The notes under the pieces are model-generated. The model made no database searches. It was not told where the DNA came from and saw only the letters and a list, made by a program, of their open reading frames with translations. Below, piece by piece: positions 10,024 through 19,242 of a stretch of DNA of 64,000 nucleotides. A program made the position numbers and the translations under genes. Origin of the DNA: Bdellovibrionales bacterium (GTDB lineage Bacteria > Bdellovibrionota > Bdellovibrionia > Bdellovibrionales > JAUICD01); the NCBI GenBank assembly GCA_965203275.1, contig OZ241865.1:2176001-2240000 (forward strand), given 5' to 3'. Each line of letters starts with the position of its first letter. The first letter of the stretch is position 1.

Positions 10024-10236
10024 TTAAAAAGATGAGTATGTGTAAAACTGAACATTGCTATTATCGATTTGTTCCATTAAGTCTTCAACCTCATCATGCA
10101 CTTGTCTTAATCTGCTACACTCTTGTAAAAATGCTTGATTGGGATCCTGCTCTACTATTTTAAAAATATTCTCTTCTAATTTTGATTTGTCCATCTGATA
10201 TATCCTTTTTCTAGTTATACTTAGATTATAACACAC
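10024..10236 (-). CDS. Small hypothetical protein
   Basis: ORF only; likely starts at MDKSKL. Confidence 0.35.
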   Translation of the reverse strand: MCYNLSITRKRIYQMDKSKLEENIFKIVEQDPNQAFLQECSRLRQVHDEVEDLMEQIDNSNVQFYTYSSF

Positions 10237-10288
10237 ATATTATATTTTCTCTTAATTAATTTAAAATGCTACAAGTGTTTCATGTCTA

Positions 10289-10573
10289 TTAAGAAGCAGA
10301 TTTTTGTTGAATAGAATCAACACAATGACAAATCTGATCAATGTGAACTTCAAACCTTGAAGGCCATATAAGTCCTCTACCGTAAGAGTCCACAGAAACT
10401 TGATCCCATTCATTTGGATTGGGAAAACAATAAACACTTTCAAATCGAGTTAAATCAGCTATAAAAGTTGTTTGATTAGTTAGTGTTACTTTAATTTTTT
10501 TATATTCAAGTCCTTTAACTTTATCAATATACTTAGAAGTGCTATCTATAATTATTTTATTGGTGCTATCCAT
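10289..10573 (-). CDS. DUF2442-family protein (putative antitoxin)
   Basis: YKKIKVTLTN...QVSVDSYGRGLIWP; overlaps the DUF4160 gene. Start taken as ATG 10573. Confidence 0.7.
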   Translation of the reverse strand: MDSTNKIIIDSTSKYIDKVKGLEYKKIKVTLTNQTTFIADLTRFESVYCFPNPNEWDQVSVDSYGRGLIWPSRFEVHIDQICHCVDSIQQKSAS

Positions 10574-10818
10574 GGGATCTCTTTTCCTATAAAGGCTTGA
10601 GACCAAGCATATTTTAATTCTATTTGTCTTTCTACAGCCCATTCTTTTACAAGTTTTTCTGTTCTTATACTTAATCGGCCAGAGATCAAGTCTCTTTCTA
10701 AAGTAAATGTAGCTTCTTGTCCACTATATCTTGCATGAAAGTGAGGCATATCATGCTTTTGAGTATCCATAAAATACATATAGATAATAATACCAAAAAA
10801 CTCTGATATCCTGAGCAT
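10552..10818 (-). CDS. DUF4160-family protein (putative toxin)
   Basis: ISEFFGIIIYMYF...HDMPHFHARY...LVKEWA...IAPI. Confidence 0.85.
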   Translation of the reverse strand: MLRISEFFGIIIYMYFMDTQKHDMPHFHARYSGQEATFTLERDLISGRLSIRTEKLVKEWAVERQIELKYAWSQAFIGKEIPWIAPIK

Positions 10819-11056
10819 TTTGCAGTTCCTTATACACTCTTATTAAGTGCAATAATATATTTTATTATGATGATCAATTAAGAGATTGTCCATTTAATTT
10901 TTTATCTTATTACTTCGCCTTTGTAGAAATATTTAGCAGTTTGTGTAATGTGTAGAAGTGGTGCTTTTTCTTATTTTCTAAATCTACTGACTATTGTGTG
11001 AAACTCTGTATTGCTTATTTTGTTTGGCAGAATTATTTCTTTGAAGAAACTGTAAA

Positions 11057-11410
11057 TTAGCCCACCTTGACCTTAACTTTATTCTTAAATGCTTGCCAAA
11101 GATTTGTAGCTTCTTTTGGATGTACTGCTATGAGAATTTCTTTTTTTGATTTTTTGACTTGCTCTTCAAATATCCAATAGAAAGTAGCTAAATCATAACC
11201 AAGTATTTTTGCTGCTTTGTTGATAAAAGTTAAAGAAGGGATAAATTTGTTTTGTTCAATGTCTTTTAATTGCTGTGGTGTCACATTAAGTCGATCTGCC
11301 ATATCTTTTAAGCTTATTTTATCACCACATCTAGCAGCATTTATAGTGCCTCCTATAGTGTGAGGTCCTATTTGTTTTTTTAACCATTTAATCCTTTGTT
11401 CTGTATTCAT
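11057..11410 (-). CDS. higA: XRE-HTH antitoxin (HigA-like)
   Basis: ISLKDMADRLNVTPQQLKDIEQ HTH; overlaps the upstream toxin gene. Confidence 0.7.
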   Translation of the reverse strand: MNTEQRIKWLKKQIGPHTIGGTINAARCGDKISLKDMADRLNVTPQQLKDIEQNKFIPSLTFINKAAKILGYDLATFYWIFEEQVKKSKKEILIAVHPKEATNLWQAFKNKVKVKVG

Positions 11411-11672
11411 GTTTTGATATCCTTATAATTTTTATTATACCATTATTATAATAATAAATCACTCTGTGTGAATAGTCAAGTGATAGAGATCGGTAATCCT
11501 TCCAACGACCTTTTAATTTATGATCTTTATATCTAGGCATATTTCTGACAGCTTCATATCCTCTTTTTTCAACATCTTCGACAAAAATTAAGAATAACCT
11601 CAAAACTCTTTTTGAAAGTCTTTCTATTTCTTTATTTGCATTATTTGAAAATTCTACAATTGTTTTTTCCAT
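11388..11672 (-). CDS. higB: RelE/HigB-family mRNA interferase toxin
   Basis: KDHKLKGRWKDYRSLSLDYSHRVIY...ISKHEY. Confidence 0.8.
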   Translation of the reverse strand: MEKTIVEFSNNANKEIERLSKRVLRLFLIFVEDVEKRGYEAVRNMPRYKDHKLKGRWKDYRSLSLDYSHRVIYYYNNGIIKIIRISKHEYRTKD

Positions 11673-11825
11673 AACAATATTTTTTTGTAGTGATGAGCTT
11701 ATATTGTTGATAGTAGCTATTTCTTACCTTAAAAATTTATTTTTTACAAAAACTTCACTGATGTTTAAATTCAGAAATCAATAGATGTTATTTTAAATAT
11801 AAAACCTCTGATCAACAAAACAGCT

Positions 11826-12821
11826 TTACTTTTTAGGAGTACTCAACAAAGATTTTGATACTTCTATAACCTGAGATTGTGAAGGGTTTTTTGAATTTTT
11901 CATAAATCCTGTATCTTGTGGGCTAAACATAGCCTTAGTTAATTCTAGCAGGATGGCATTTGCTATTTCCTTCTCAGATTCATTTTCTGTTTCTTTTATC
12001 GCATTTAAAATTTCCTTATGAGAATCTAAAGCATTATGTCTATGTTGATTGAGTATGTATTGATGCCTTTGTGCTAGGTATTCATTTTTCAATACAGATA
12101 TTATTATAAAAATAACAGAAAAGATAAAAATCTTATTTATGAGGTTCCCTTTTATAATTAATTCAGGAATATTATTTACAACCATTTCAGGATCAAACAA
12201 CAAGAAATTCCAAGCTATCAAGCAAACAACGATGGAAAAAATCACTAGAGCTATTCCAAACCGCCGAGAGAGTATTTTATTGCACTTTGCCTCATTTTTA
12301 AAGAACTCCCCATAACGTTTTGCCTCTGCTCTAACTGTTCTTTCTGATAATTCACTTTGTGCTTTTTTTAGTTTCTCTACTTCTTCTTCTATTTCCTTTG
12401 TAGCTTTTTTATATTGCTGAACAACTTCTTTAGATTGCTGAATATCTCTATCAGATATTTCTGATTTTTTATCAGAGCTATATTTTTTTTGAAATTCCAA
12501 TGCTAAAAATATGTGACGATACATTTCGAAAAGAATATTTTTAAACTGAATAATTTGGCTTATTATATTTTCATTTTGACTTGTATCTCTATGGTCTTCA
12601 ATAATTTGCTTGTGATTATTAAAATCGTTAAGTATTTGTTCAAGCTGATGTATTAGTTCATTAGGAATCTCATCCTTGTTTTTGATCACATCGTCAATAG
12701 CATTTTTAATAACGTCTAAGTGAGGTTTTAGCTCTCCTAAATGGTATTCTCCTAGGTCTGGTCTTAAAAGCTTTTCCCATTTTGTTTTTTTGTATTCGTC
12801 AATGTATGTGTCAATGCTCAT
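11826..12821 (-). CDS. Hypothetical membrane protein with coiled coil and 2 TM helices
   Basis: 331 aa; coiled-coil middle, two hydrophobic segments, C-terminal NQHRHNAL...DTGF. Confidence 0.7.
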   Translation of the reverse strand: MSIDTYIDEYKKTKWEKLLRPDLGEYHLGELKPHLDVIKNAIDDVIKNKDEIPNELIHQLEQILNDFNNHKQIIEDHRDTSQNENIISQIIQFKNILFEMYRHIFLALEFQKKYSSDKKSEISDRDIQQSKEVVQQYKKATKEIEEEVEKLKKAQSELSERTVRAEAKRYGEFFKNEAKCNKILSRRFGIALVIFSIVVCLIAWNFLLFDPEMVVNNIPELIIKGNLINKIFIFSVIFIIISVLKNEYLAQRHQYILNQHRHNALDSHKEILNAIKETENESEKEIANAILLELTKAMFSPQDTGFMKNSKNPSQSQVIEVSKSLLSTPKK

Positions 12822-12835
12822 TTTGTTTTACCTTG

Positions 12836-13570
12836 CTACTTTTTATAGTTAGAAAATTGCCTATTAATATGTGTATTGCCTAACCAGACATCAGAGATAA
12901 TGCGAGCATCTTGACTACGGCTATGTGGAATCACTTTTACGATATAATCTTTTTTTAGCCATTTTTCAAGCTCTTCTTTTTTTGAGGTTTTTTCATCAAC
13001 GCCTTTAAGACGAATAAACCAAGTGCCTTCCACTTCTAAAACATTTGAACCTATTAATTTTGTAATCTTATAATACCCTGGTTTGAAATTTAATAATGAA
13101 TTCATGTCTTTTTCTCTCTTATATTCCGGACTCAAATTTTCAAAAATTTCTTTAAGACCTGTTTTTGATGCATTTTCAAAATATGTACGAATATTCTCTG
13201 CGTCTTTTATCAAGTATTTTATAGAAAGGTCCTCAATTTCTCCAAAGTCTTTAGTTTCTTGAATTTGATGTATGCATAAGAAAAGGCTTTTAAATAAATT
13301 TCTTGTCTCTAGTATAAAGTCATTAAGCCTTACATGATCTTTTTTGTGCAAATAATAGTTAAACCCATAAGGTTCTTTTAGTAGCATCTTTAAATTATGA
13401 TAGTCTTTTACATTCTTTTTTTCACACACATCTAAAAATTGAGATATTGTCATTTGATTTATATCATTTAATGTTTCTCTAACAGTTGTCGCAGGTCTTT
13501 TTTTCTCTGTGCCATCAGGAACAAATTGTCCTGTCCTAGCATCTCTTGTTCTTTTTGATTGCTTTGCCAT
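12836..13570 (-). CDS. Hypothetical protein with C-terminal thermonuclease (SNase)-like segment
   Basis: RBS AGGAGG; IRLKGVD...RIISDVWLGNTHIN resembles the SNase fold (inference). Confidence 0.6.
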   Translation of the reverse strand: MAKQSKRTRDARTGQFVPDGTEKKRPATTVRETLNDINQMTISQFLDVCEKKNVKDYHNLKMLLKEPYGFNYYLHKKDHVRLNDFILETRNLFKSLFLCIHQIQETKDFGEIEDLSIKYLIKDAENIRTYFENASKTGLKEIFENLSPEYKREKDMNSLLNFKPGYYKITKLIGSNVLEVEGTWFIRLKGVDEKTSKKEELEKWLKKDYIVKVIPHSRSQDARIISDVWLGNTHINRQFSNYKK

Positions 13571-13625
13571 AACAACCTCCTTAAATATATTTTAAATAAT
13601 CTAAATAAATTTTAATTATTAAATA

Positions 13626-13653
13626 ATTATAGTAATAAATTAAGCTTTGTCAA
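13626..13653 (-). promoter_or_regulatory. Sigma70-like promoter TTGACA-16-TATAAT
   Basis: Consensus hexamers upstream of 12836-13570. Confidence 0.65.
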
Positions 13654-13698
13654 ATATTTGTTTAAAAAATTGATAAGTAATCATGTAATTCAAAAGCT

Positions 13699-13915
13699 TC
13701 ATCTATGTTTAAAATCCTTAAGTTTTTGTAGTGGTGGGGAGTAGATGGAGGTGATGGTTGTGTTTATTTTTTGTTTGAAGCATTCAATGAGCTTTTTGTT
13801 GGCCTCGACAAATTGCCTTTCCTCCTCAATCTTACTCACAATCTTTCTTTGGACCTCCAATGGTGGTAATGGAATTTTAATTTTTGAAACATTAGTTTTT
13901 GAAACCTCCTTAAAT
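13699..13915 (-). pseudogene. 3' remnant of a type I HsdS / type IIG specificity domain
   Basis: FKEVSKTNVSKIKIPLPPLEVQRKIVSKIEEERQFVEANKKLIECFKQKI...HR*; cut at its 5' side by an IS-like end. Confidence 0.8.
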
Positions 13916-13992
13916 CCTGAGTTTGATAGCCAGCAAAAATAAATTTGAGAGATTTCAATAGGTTATAAGCGGAATAAGATTTTGTGCCACTA
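13916..13992 (-). mobile_element. Isolated end of the CCTGAGTTTGAYAG IS-derived element
   Basis: Reverse complement aligns with 17646-17721. Confidence 0.75.
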
Positions 13993-14031
13993 CAATGTGA
14001 ACTTCAAACTTTTACCAATGGAATTGAAATT

Positions 14032-14613
14032 TTATTTTTCAAGAAAATATTTGTTAAATAAGTCATTAAAAACTTGCTTATGTACTTTTTTAAGTTCCTT
14101 ATCTTTCTCTATTTCAATGGAATATAACTTAATAAAATCATCTGGTTTAGCGACCAATCTTAAATAATATCTCATAGTTTTTATTAATCCATTGCAAATC
14201 AATTGACATCCTGTTTCTCTTTCTATTTGTTTTTTGATTCTGTTGATTTTTCCTTTGTAATCTAGTGTATAGGGATAAGGTTGCTCTAAAGACCTTGTCA
14301 GCCAGCCACTTTCAGCCATTGAAGGCAAGTCTATTTTTTTCAAAACAGGAGTTATGAATTGAGTATCTACAGTTCTGCCTGAAAATCCACCTGCCATACG
14401 AGATTGATGCTTTCTTATATCTTGAGATGAATCATAAATTTTTTGAACAAGCAATGTTATAAGAACACTAAATATCCCTTTTTGATTAAAACTTTCTTTT
14501 GCAATTGTATCTAAATAAGCTTTTTCCTTTTTAGAAAGGTTATTGCAATGTGAGTTGTTTTTCTCTTGATAACACTTTAGAAGTATTTTGTCTTGCGACA
14601 GTTGCTTTTTCAT
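14032..14613 (-). pseudogene. Type II restriction endonuclease partner of the C5-MTase, apparently internally deleted
   Basis: QDIRKHQ..M.GGFSGRTVDT...SMAESGWLTRSLEQPYPY joins directly to GCQLICNG..RYYLRL; only 193 aa and no catalytic middle seen. Deletion is inferred. Confidence 0.55.
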
Positions 14614-15604
14614 TGTATTTATCCAAAATTTGTAATTTGATCTGTCTTGCCAGTTCATAAACCATTGGTACACAAACAGAATTTCCTATTTGTTTATAAG
14701 CTTCTGTATTTGATTTATGAATTTTAAAACTATCTGGAAACCCCATAATTCTATAACATTCTCGAAGTGTCAACTTTCTTACTCTATCTTTATCAGGTAG
14801 ACAAATAAAAAACCTTCCTGATATTTCTTGAGAAGGTATTGTAGGATGAACCCCATAGACAGAATATATCCGATTAGGTTGCTTGTGTACTCTTGATAAA
14901 TGTATTGTATTTGGTCGTACGCCTTTTTTGCGAATAGTTTTGTTTCTATAACCTACAAAATAAAGATGAGATTTGGTTTGCTTGATAGGCTTCTTAATAA
15001 GCGTGTAGTCTTTTTTTTCAAGATATTTCATTCTATTATTTTCTTCTTCTAAAAAATATAAAAGAGGTTTGATATGATGTGAGGTTTTGAGTTTTGAAAA
15101 ATTAAAACGATGTTTTCTAGTACCAATAATAATGACTCTTTCTCTATTTTGTGGAACACCATAATTAACAGCATTTTGTAAAGAAAAAGCAACATGATAT
15201 CCTAAATTTTCTAAGGATTCTAAAATAACTTTAAATGTTTGTCCTTTGTTGTGATAGAGTAAGTATTTAACGTTTTCTAATAACACTATTTTGGGTTTCT
15301 TTTTTGCAATAATCTTGCAAATATAGAAAAACATTGTACCTCTTGTATCATTAAACCCATCTCTTCTGCCACAAATACTAAATGGTTGACAAGGGAAGCC
15401 TGCTGTTAAAACGTCATGGTCTGGGATTAAATAAGGATCAATGTTTGCTATATCCCCTTGAGGCCATTCCCCATAATTTTCGAGGTATGATTCCTGACAA
15501 TATTTATTGATTTCACAAGACATAACACATTTGTAACCGCATCTTGTAAAACCTATTCTAAAACCACCAATACCAGCAAATAAATCTATAAATTTATAAT
15601 CCAT
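14540..15604 (-). CDS. dcm: DNA (cytosine-5)-methyltransferase
   Basis: DLFAGIGG, GFPCQ, ENV, QNRER, YKQIGNSV. Confidence 0.93.
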   Translation of the reverse strand: MDYKFIDLFAGIGGFRIGFTRCGYKCVMSCEINKYCQESYLENYGEWPQGDIANIDPYLIPDHDVLTAGFPCQPFSICGRRDGFNDTRGTMFFYICKIIAKKKPKIVLLENVKYLLYHNKGQTFKVILESLENLGYHVAFSLQNAVNYGVPQNRERVIIIGTRKHRFNFSKLKTSHHIKPLLYFLEEENNRMKYLEKKDYTLIKKPIKQTKSHLYFVGYRNKTIRKKGVRPNTIHLSRVHKQPNRIYSVYGVHPTIPSQEISGRFFICLPDKDRVRKLTLRECYRIMGFPDSFKIHKSNTEAYKQIGNSVCVPMVYELARQIKLQILDKYNEKATVARQNTSKVLSREKQLTLQ

Positions 15605-15801
15605 TAAACTCTCTCTCCTAAGAGAAAATTATTATTAATAATTACCAAATAACAACATATTTATATTTCATATAGGGTATGTTCTGTTTATTTCAAAATG
15701 AATCTCTATTTAGTTGTTTTTGTTGAATATCCCATTTGTTTTCTAAATATTCATTATAAATCCCCATAAAGAAGCTTGTTTTTGAAATTGAAAAATATTC
15801 T

Positions 15802-16020
15802 TTATTTTCTTCTTGTGTAATTGTGGGAATAGCCAGTAATTGGACCTTTGGTTTTTGGACCTCCGGCATGTTGATTTTTCTTTGTGTTTTCCCACTTTTG
15901 AGCAGCTTTTTGATTTGAAAACGTTTGTTCAATTTTAAAATTTTTCATCCCTGAAAATTCATTTTTTAACTCTTTTTCACGTCTTTCAGGATTATTTGTA
16001 ATTCCATATCTTTTAGGCAC
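15802..16020 (-). CDS. Minimal GIY-YIG-like protein
   Basis: RYGITNNPERREKE...AAQKWE; GTG start with AGGAGG RBS and TTGACA-16-TATATT promoter (TTGACA at 16098-16103). Confidence 0.6.
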   Translation of the reverse strand: MPKRYGITNNPERREKELKNEFSGMKNFKIEQTFSNQKAAQKWENTKKNQHAGGPKTKGPITGYSHNYTRRK

Positions 16021-16117
16021 TTTACACCTCCTTTAAAATTTTAAAATATAGTTTAATAATTTAATTTTGATTAAAAATATAATGTTAGATCCAATTTTGT
16101 CAAGATATTTGAGGTTT

Positions 16118-16232
16118 TTATGCTTCTACAATGGGGGAGTAGATGGAGGTGATGCTTGTGTTTATTTTTTGTTTGAAGCATTCAATGAGCTTTTTGTTGG
16201 ACTCAACAAATTGCCTTTCCTTCTCAATCTTA
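16118..16232 (-). pseudogene. Second hsdS-like 3' remnant
   Basis: KIEKERQFVESNKKLIECFKQKINTSITSIYSP, near-identical to 13735-13835. Confidence 0.75.
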
Positions 16233-16394
16233 ACTCTTTTTAATCTCATCAATAATTTAATCTTATAGTCTTGTATGTTACGCAATTTCAAATTGCAATT
16301 TTCATTTGATTTATTTAAGTTTAAATTAAATAAAAGGCTTAACTTTTTTCTAAGCATATTATATTGTAAGAAATAATAATAAAATTAAAGTTTA

Positions 16395-16613
16395 TTGTAC
16401 AAGTTATTTCACATTGATCAAAAAGATCTTTTTGATCCTTCTGTAAATATTGTTGCTGGCATAAGGTGGCTGTTTCGTAAGAAGGAGATTGCAGATGCAA
16501 AATTAGGAGAAGCTTCTTGGATAGAGACTATTATGTTCTATAAAGGCTATCCTACAATGAATGGCAACGGAGTTAGGAATTTTATCCGAGAGTATGAAAA
16601 ATTAAAAAATTAG
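16395..16613 (+). pseudogene. C-terminal fragment of an SLT lytic transglycosylase-like protein
   Basis: DLFDPSVNIVAGIRWL motif; no N-terminal catalytic part upstream. Confidence 0.55.
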
Positions 16614-16624
16614 GAAGATTAAAA

Positions 16625-17041
16625 ATGCAAAATAAGTTATTGGTTTTTATGTTCGTTTTCTTTTGTTCATTTAATGTCAATGCATTGATTATATCTCATT
16701 GTTTTAATAATCGTTCCATTAAGGTAGAATGTGTAAATTATGATAATGGCAATGCCTCCTTAGGAGGTGAATTTGTGATTAAATCTCAAGGTAAAGACAT
16801 AAAATATGGATTTGGATCCAGAAGAGCCTGGGGGCCGGATTGGTGTCCTTCTGCTTTAAAACAAATCAAGCATGTTATGTCTGCTCCTAGATTTTGTATA
16901 GAAGCCGAAATGGGTGCTATGGCTGATGGTATAGATGATATAGAATTCAGAGACCTACTAATGATAGAAGGTGTTTTTAGTTCAAAAGGTCAGTGGACTT
17001 ATTTCGACGAATATAAACGTCAAGGTGTACAACCTTTATAA
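16625..17041 (+). CDS. Secreted Cys-containing hypothetical protein
   Basis: Signal-peptide-like N-terminus; 138 aa. Confidence 0.65.
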   Translation: MQNKLLVFMFVFFCSFNVNALIISHCFNNRSIKVECVNYDNGNASLGGEFVIKSQGKDIKYGFGSRRAWGPDWCPSALKQIKHVMSAPRFCIEAEMGAMADGIDDIEFRDLLMIEGVFSSKGQWTYFDEYKRQGVQPL

Positions 17042-17139
17042 TCTTCATTCTGAATGAAGTGATATGCTTTTATTAAAGCGATGATTCAATTAAGATATTG
17101 TTCATTTTTAAGATATAAGATATTTGACTTCTTATAAGG

Positions 17140-17517
17140 TTATAGGAAAATTCTATAATCTGTATTAAAAATTTCTGCTAACTTTTTCGCAAAAGACTTG
17201 TTAATCTTTTTTTCACCTTTTTCAATTTGAGTGATAAAAGAAGGATCAACCTTTAAAATTTTTGCCAACTTTTTTTGAGATAGATTTTTTTCACGTCTTG
17301 AAGCTCTCAAAACGATAGCTTGTTGACTGGTTTCACTGATCAAATCAGTCAAAGCATCTCTCCAGGGAATACTTTCTTCACTTTTATATTCTTCTAACAT
17401 ATCAGACAAGGCTTTTGCCTTTTTCTTTGGAATAAGATATAATTTAGCCTTTTTATTTCCAATCCAAATAGACACTCTTTCGTCTTTAGTAGGGTGCTTT
17501 TTCATGGCTTCCGACAT
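17140..17517 (-). CDS. XRE-HTH antitoxin-like regulator
   Basis: MSEAMKKHPTK...LRASRREKNLSQKKLAKIL...TDYRIFL. Start reassigned to 17517 because the upstream part of the ORF-track call is MITE sequence. Confidence 0.8.
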   Translation of the reverse strand: MSEAMKKHPTKDERVSIWIGNKKAKLYLIPKKKAKALSDMLEEYKSEESIPWRDALTDLISETSQQAIVLRASRREKNLSQKKLAKILKVDPSFITQIEKGEKKINKSFAKKLAEIFNTDYRIFL

Positions 17518-17530
17518 AATAAACCTCATT
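17486..17530 (-). pseudogene. C-terminal stub of a RelE-type toxin (EVYYVGSHEKAPY*)
   Basis: Reads in an overlapping frame across the HTH start and is cut exactly at the MITE end. Confidence 0.7.
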
Positions 17531-17721
17531 CCTGAGTTTGACAGTTGATTTGCAAATTTGGGCATTTTCTTTTTTAAGAATGCTTTATTTATAGGCATTA
17601 GAGGGATTTGCAAGCTTGAATTTTTGGGATTTTGTAAAAAATCCTAGTGGCACAAAATCTCTTTCGACTCATAACCTACTGATTTTACTCAACTTTATTT
17701 TTGCAGGCTGTCAAACTCAGG
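17531..17721. mobile_element. 191-bp MITE / deleted IS with perfect 14-bp terminal inverted repeats
   Basis: CCTGAGTTTGACAG (17531-17544) and CTGTCAAACTCAGG (17708-17721); partial copies at 13916 and 63015. Confidence 0.8.
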
Positions 17722-17988
17722 ATATATTTTAAGAAAACACAAGATGTTTTTTCAAGATGGCAATTAAAGAAGCTCTAAAAGGCTTAAAATGTAGTGTAAA
17801 TTTTACAAAAAATAATTTATTTGACTCTTTGATGTTTTGATTGTTCTCTCAATATATAAAAAACAAACTATGGACTATCAATAATTTCCACAGAAGAATA
17901 GACTTTTCTTAACTTAATTTTATCAATGCAGAAATAAAACGGACATATTATAAAAATCATAGTAGAAAATAATAAAAGGTATTAATAA

Positions 17989-18972
17989 ATGAAATGCTTA
18001 GTCACAGGTGCTACAGGGTTTGTAGGTCGATACTTAACTAAACTTCTTGTGCAGAAAGGTTATCAAGTTAGGGTTTTTTGCCGGGATACTTCAAAAGCTC
18101 CTCCTCAAACAGAAGCTTATTCAGGAGATATTTGTCAGGTAGACACTCTGATGAAAGCTACCTCTGGTGTAGATATAGTTTATCATCTAGCAGGTTTTAT
18201 AGGCTACTGCCAACACCACCACAAAATTATGCAACAGGTCAATGTGCAAGGCACACAAAATGTGATTGAGGCTTGTACACATCATCGTATTCAAAGACTT
18301 GTTCATATAAGCTCTACGTCGGCAATTGGTGCTTCAATTACTCCAGTCACTCTTAATGAAGATTCTCCTTTTACTATAGCTCACCTGAATATGGGTTACT
18401 TTCAAACTAAAAAACAAGCTGAAGAACTTGTCACAAAACAAGTCAAAAAAGGCAAAATAGATGCTGTCATTCTTAATCCCTCTGCCATTTACGGAGCAGG
18501 AGATATGATCAAAGGAAGTCGTAAAATACAACAACTAGTTGCAAAAGGTTACTGTCCTTTTTACCCTCCAGGAGGTGTGAATGTAGTAGATGTGGAAAGT
18601 GTGGTTAAAGCTATCCACACTGCTACCACTAAAGGTCGTAAAGGTGAAAGATATATTTTATCCGGTGAAAATATGTTCATTAAAGATTTATTTTGTATTA
18701 TTGCAGAGGAATCTGGTTGCACTCCGCCATGGATCCCTCTTTCTAAAAAACTTTTAAAAGCACTTGGAATGCTAGGCAATCAATTAGAAAAAATAAATGA
18801 AAACTTCCCCATCACATCTTCAAATATCTTAATATCTGTGCTTTACCATTGGTTTGATGCAAGTAAGGCAAAGTCAGAATTGAATTTTAAACCTCAAGTT
18901 GCAAGGACAGCTATTCAAAAAAGTATTAAATGGGCTAAAAATAATCTTAAGTTTAATAACTCAAAAATATAA
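17989..18972 (+). CDS. NAD-dependent epimerase/dehydratase (extended SDR, HpnA/DFR-like)
   Basis: VTGATGFVG, YHLAG, YFQTK. Confidence 0.9.
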   Translation: MKCLVTGATGFVGRYLTKLLVQKGYQVRVFCRDTSKAPPQTEAYSGDICQVDTLMKATSGVDIVYHLAGFIGYCQHHHKIMQQVNVQGTQNVIEACTHHRIQRLVHISSTSAIGASITPVTLNEDSPFTIAHLNMGYFQTKKQAEELVTKQVKKGKIDAVILNPSAIYGAGDMIKGSRKIQQLVAKGYCPFYPPGGVNVVDVESVVKAIHTATTKGRKGERYILSGENMFIKDLFCIIAEESGCTPPWIPLSKKLLKALGMLGNQLEKINENFPITSSNILISVLYHWFDASKAKSELNFKPQVARTAIQKSIKWAKNNLKFNNSKI

Positions 18973-19064
18973 ACCTCACAAGAGAGTGGGAATGGTATAT
19001 ACAAAGAAACTATCCCTAACCCCACCCCCCGCCCTTCGATTCTGCTTTTCCATTTGTATGTTTT

Positions 19065-19175
19065 TTATGAGTGGAATGCGGAGGCAGGCTTCCGAAGTCC
19101 TCAACCTTCGCTTGCTTTTGGAGAGCAAGCGGGTCTGCGGAAGATCTCCAGCCTGCCTCCGCCTCCCACTCATAA
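19065..19175. other. Long GC-rich intergenic hairpin
   Basis: TTATGAGTGG..GCGGAGGCAGGCT pairs with AGCCTGCCTCCGC..CCACTCATAA; inner CGCTTGCT/AGCAAGCG. Confidence 0.75.
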
Positions 19176-19242
19176 TACTCATGCTTTTTTGAAAATTACG
19201 CAGAATCTAAAAAGAATAAAAAAACAAAAAAACGAATGCTTT

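Noticed and set aside
13745..14167. Plus-strand ORFs 13745-13942 and 13982-14167
   Set aside because: Antisense to the hsdS remnant, the IS end and the REase gene.
17722..17790. Missing N-terminal part of the RelE toxin beyond the MITE (FNCHLEK)
   Set aside because: Only a weak resemblance, no target-site duplication and no convincing continuous frame.
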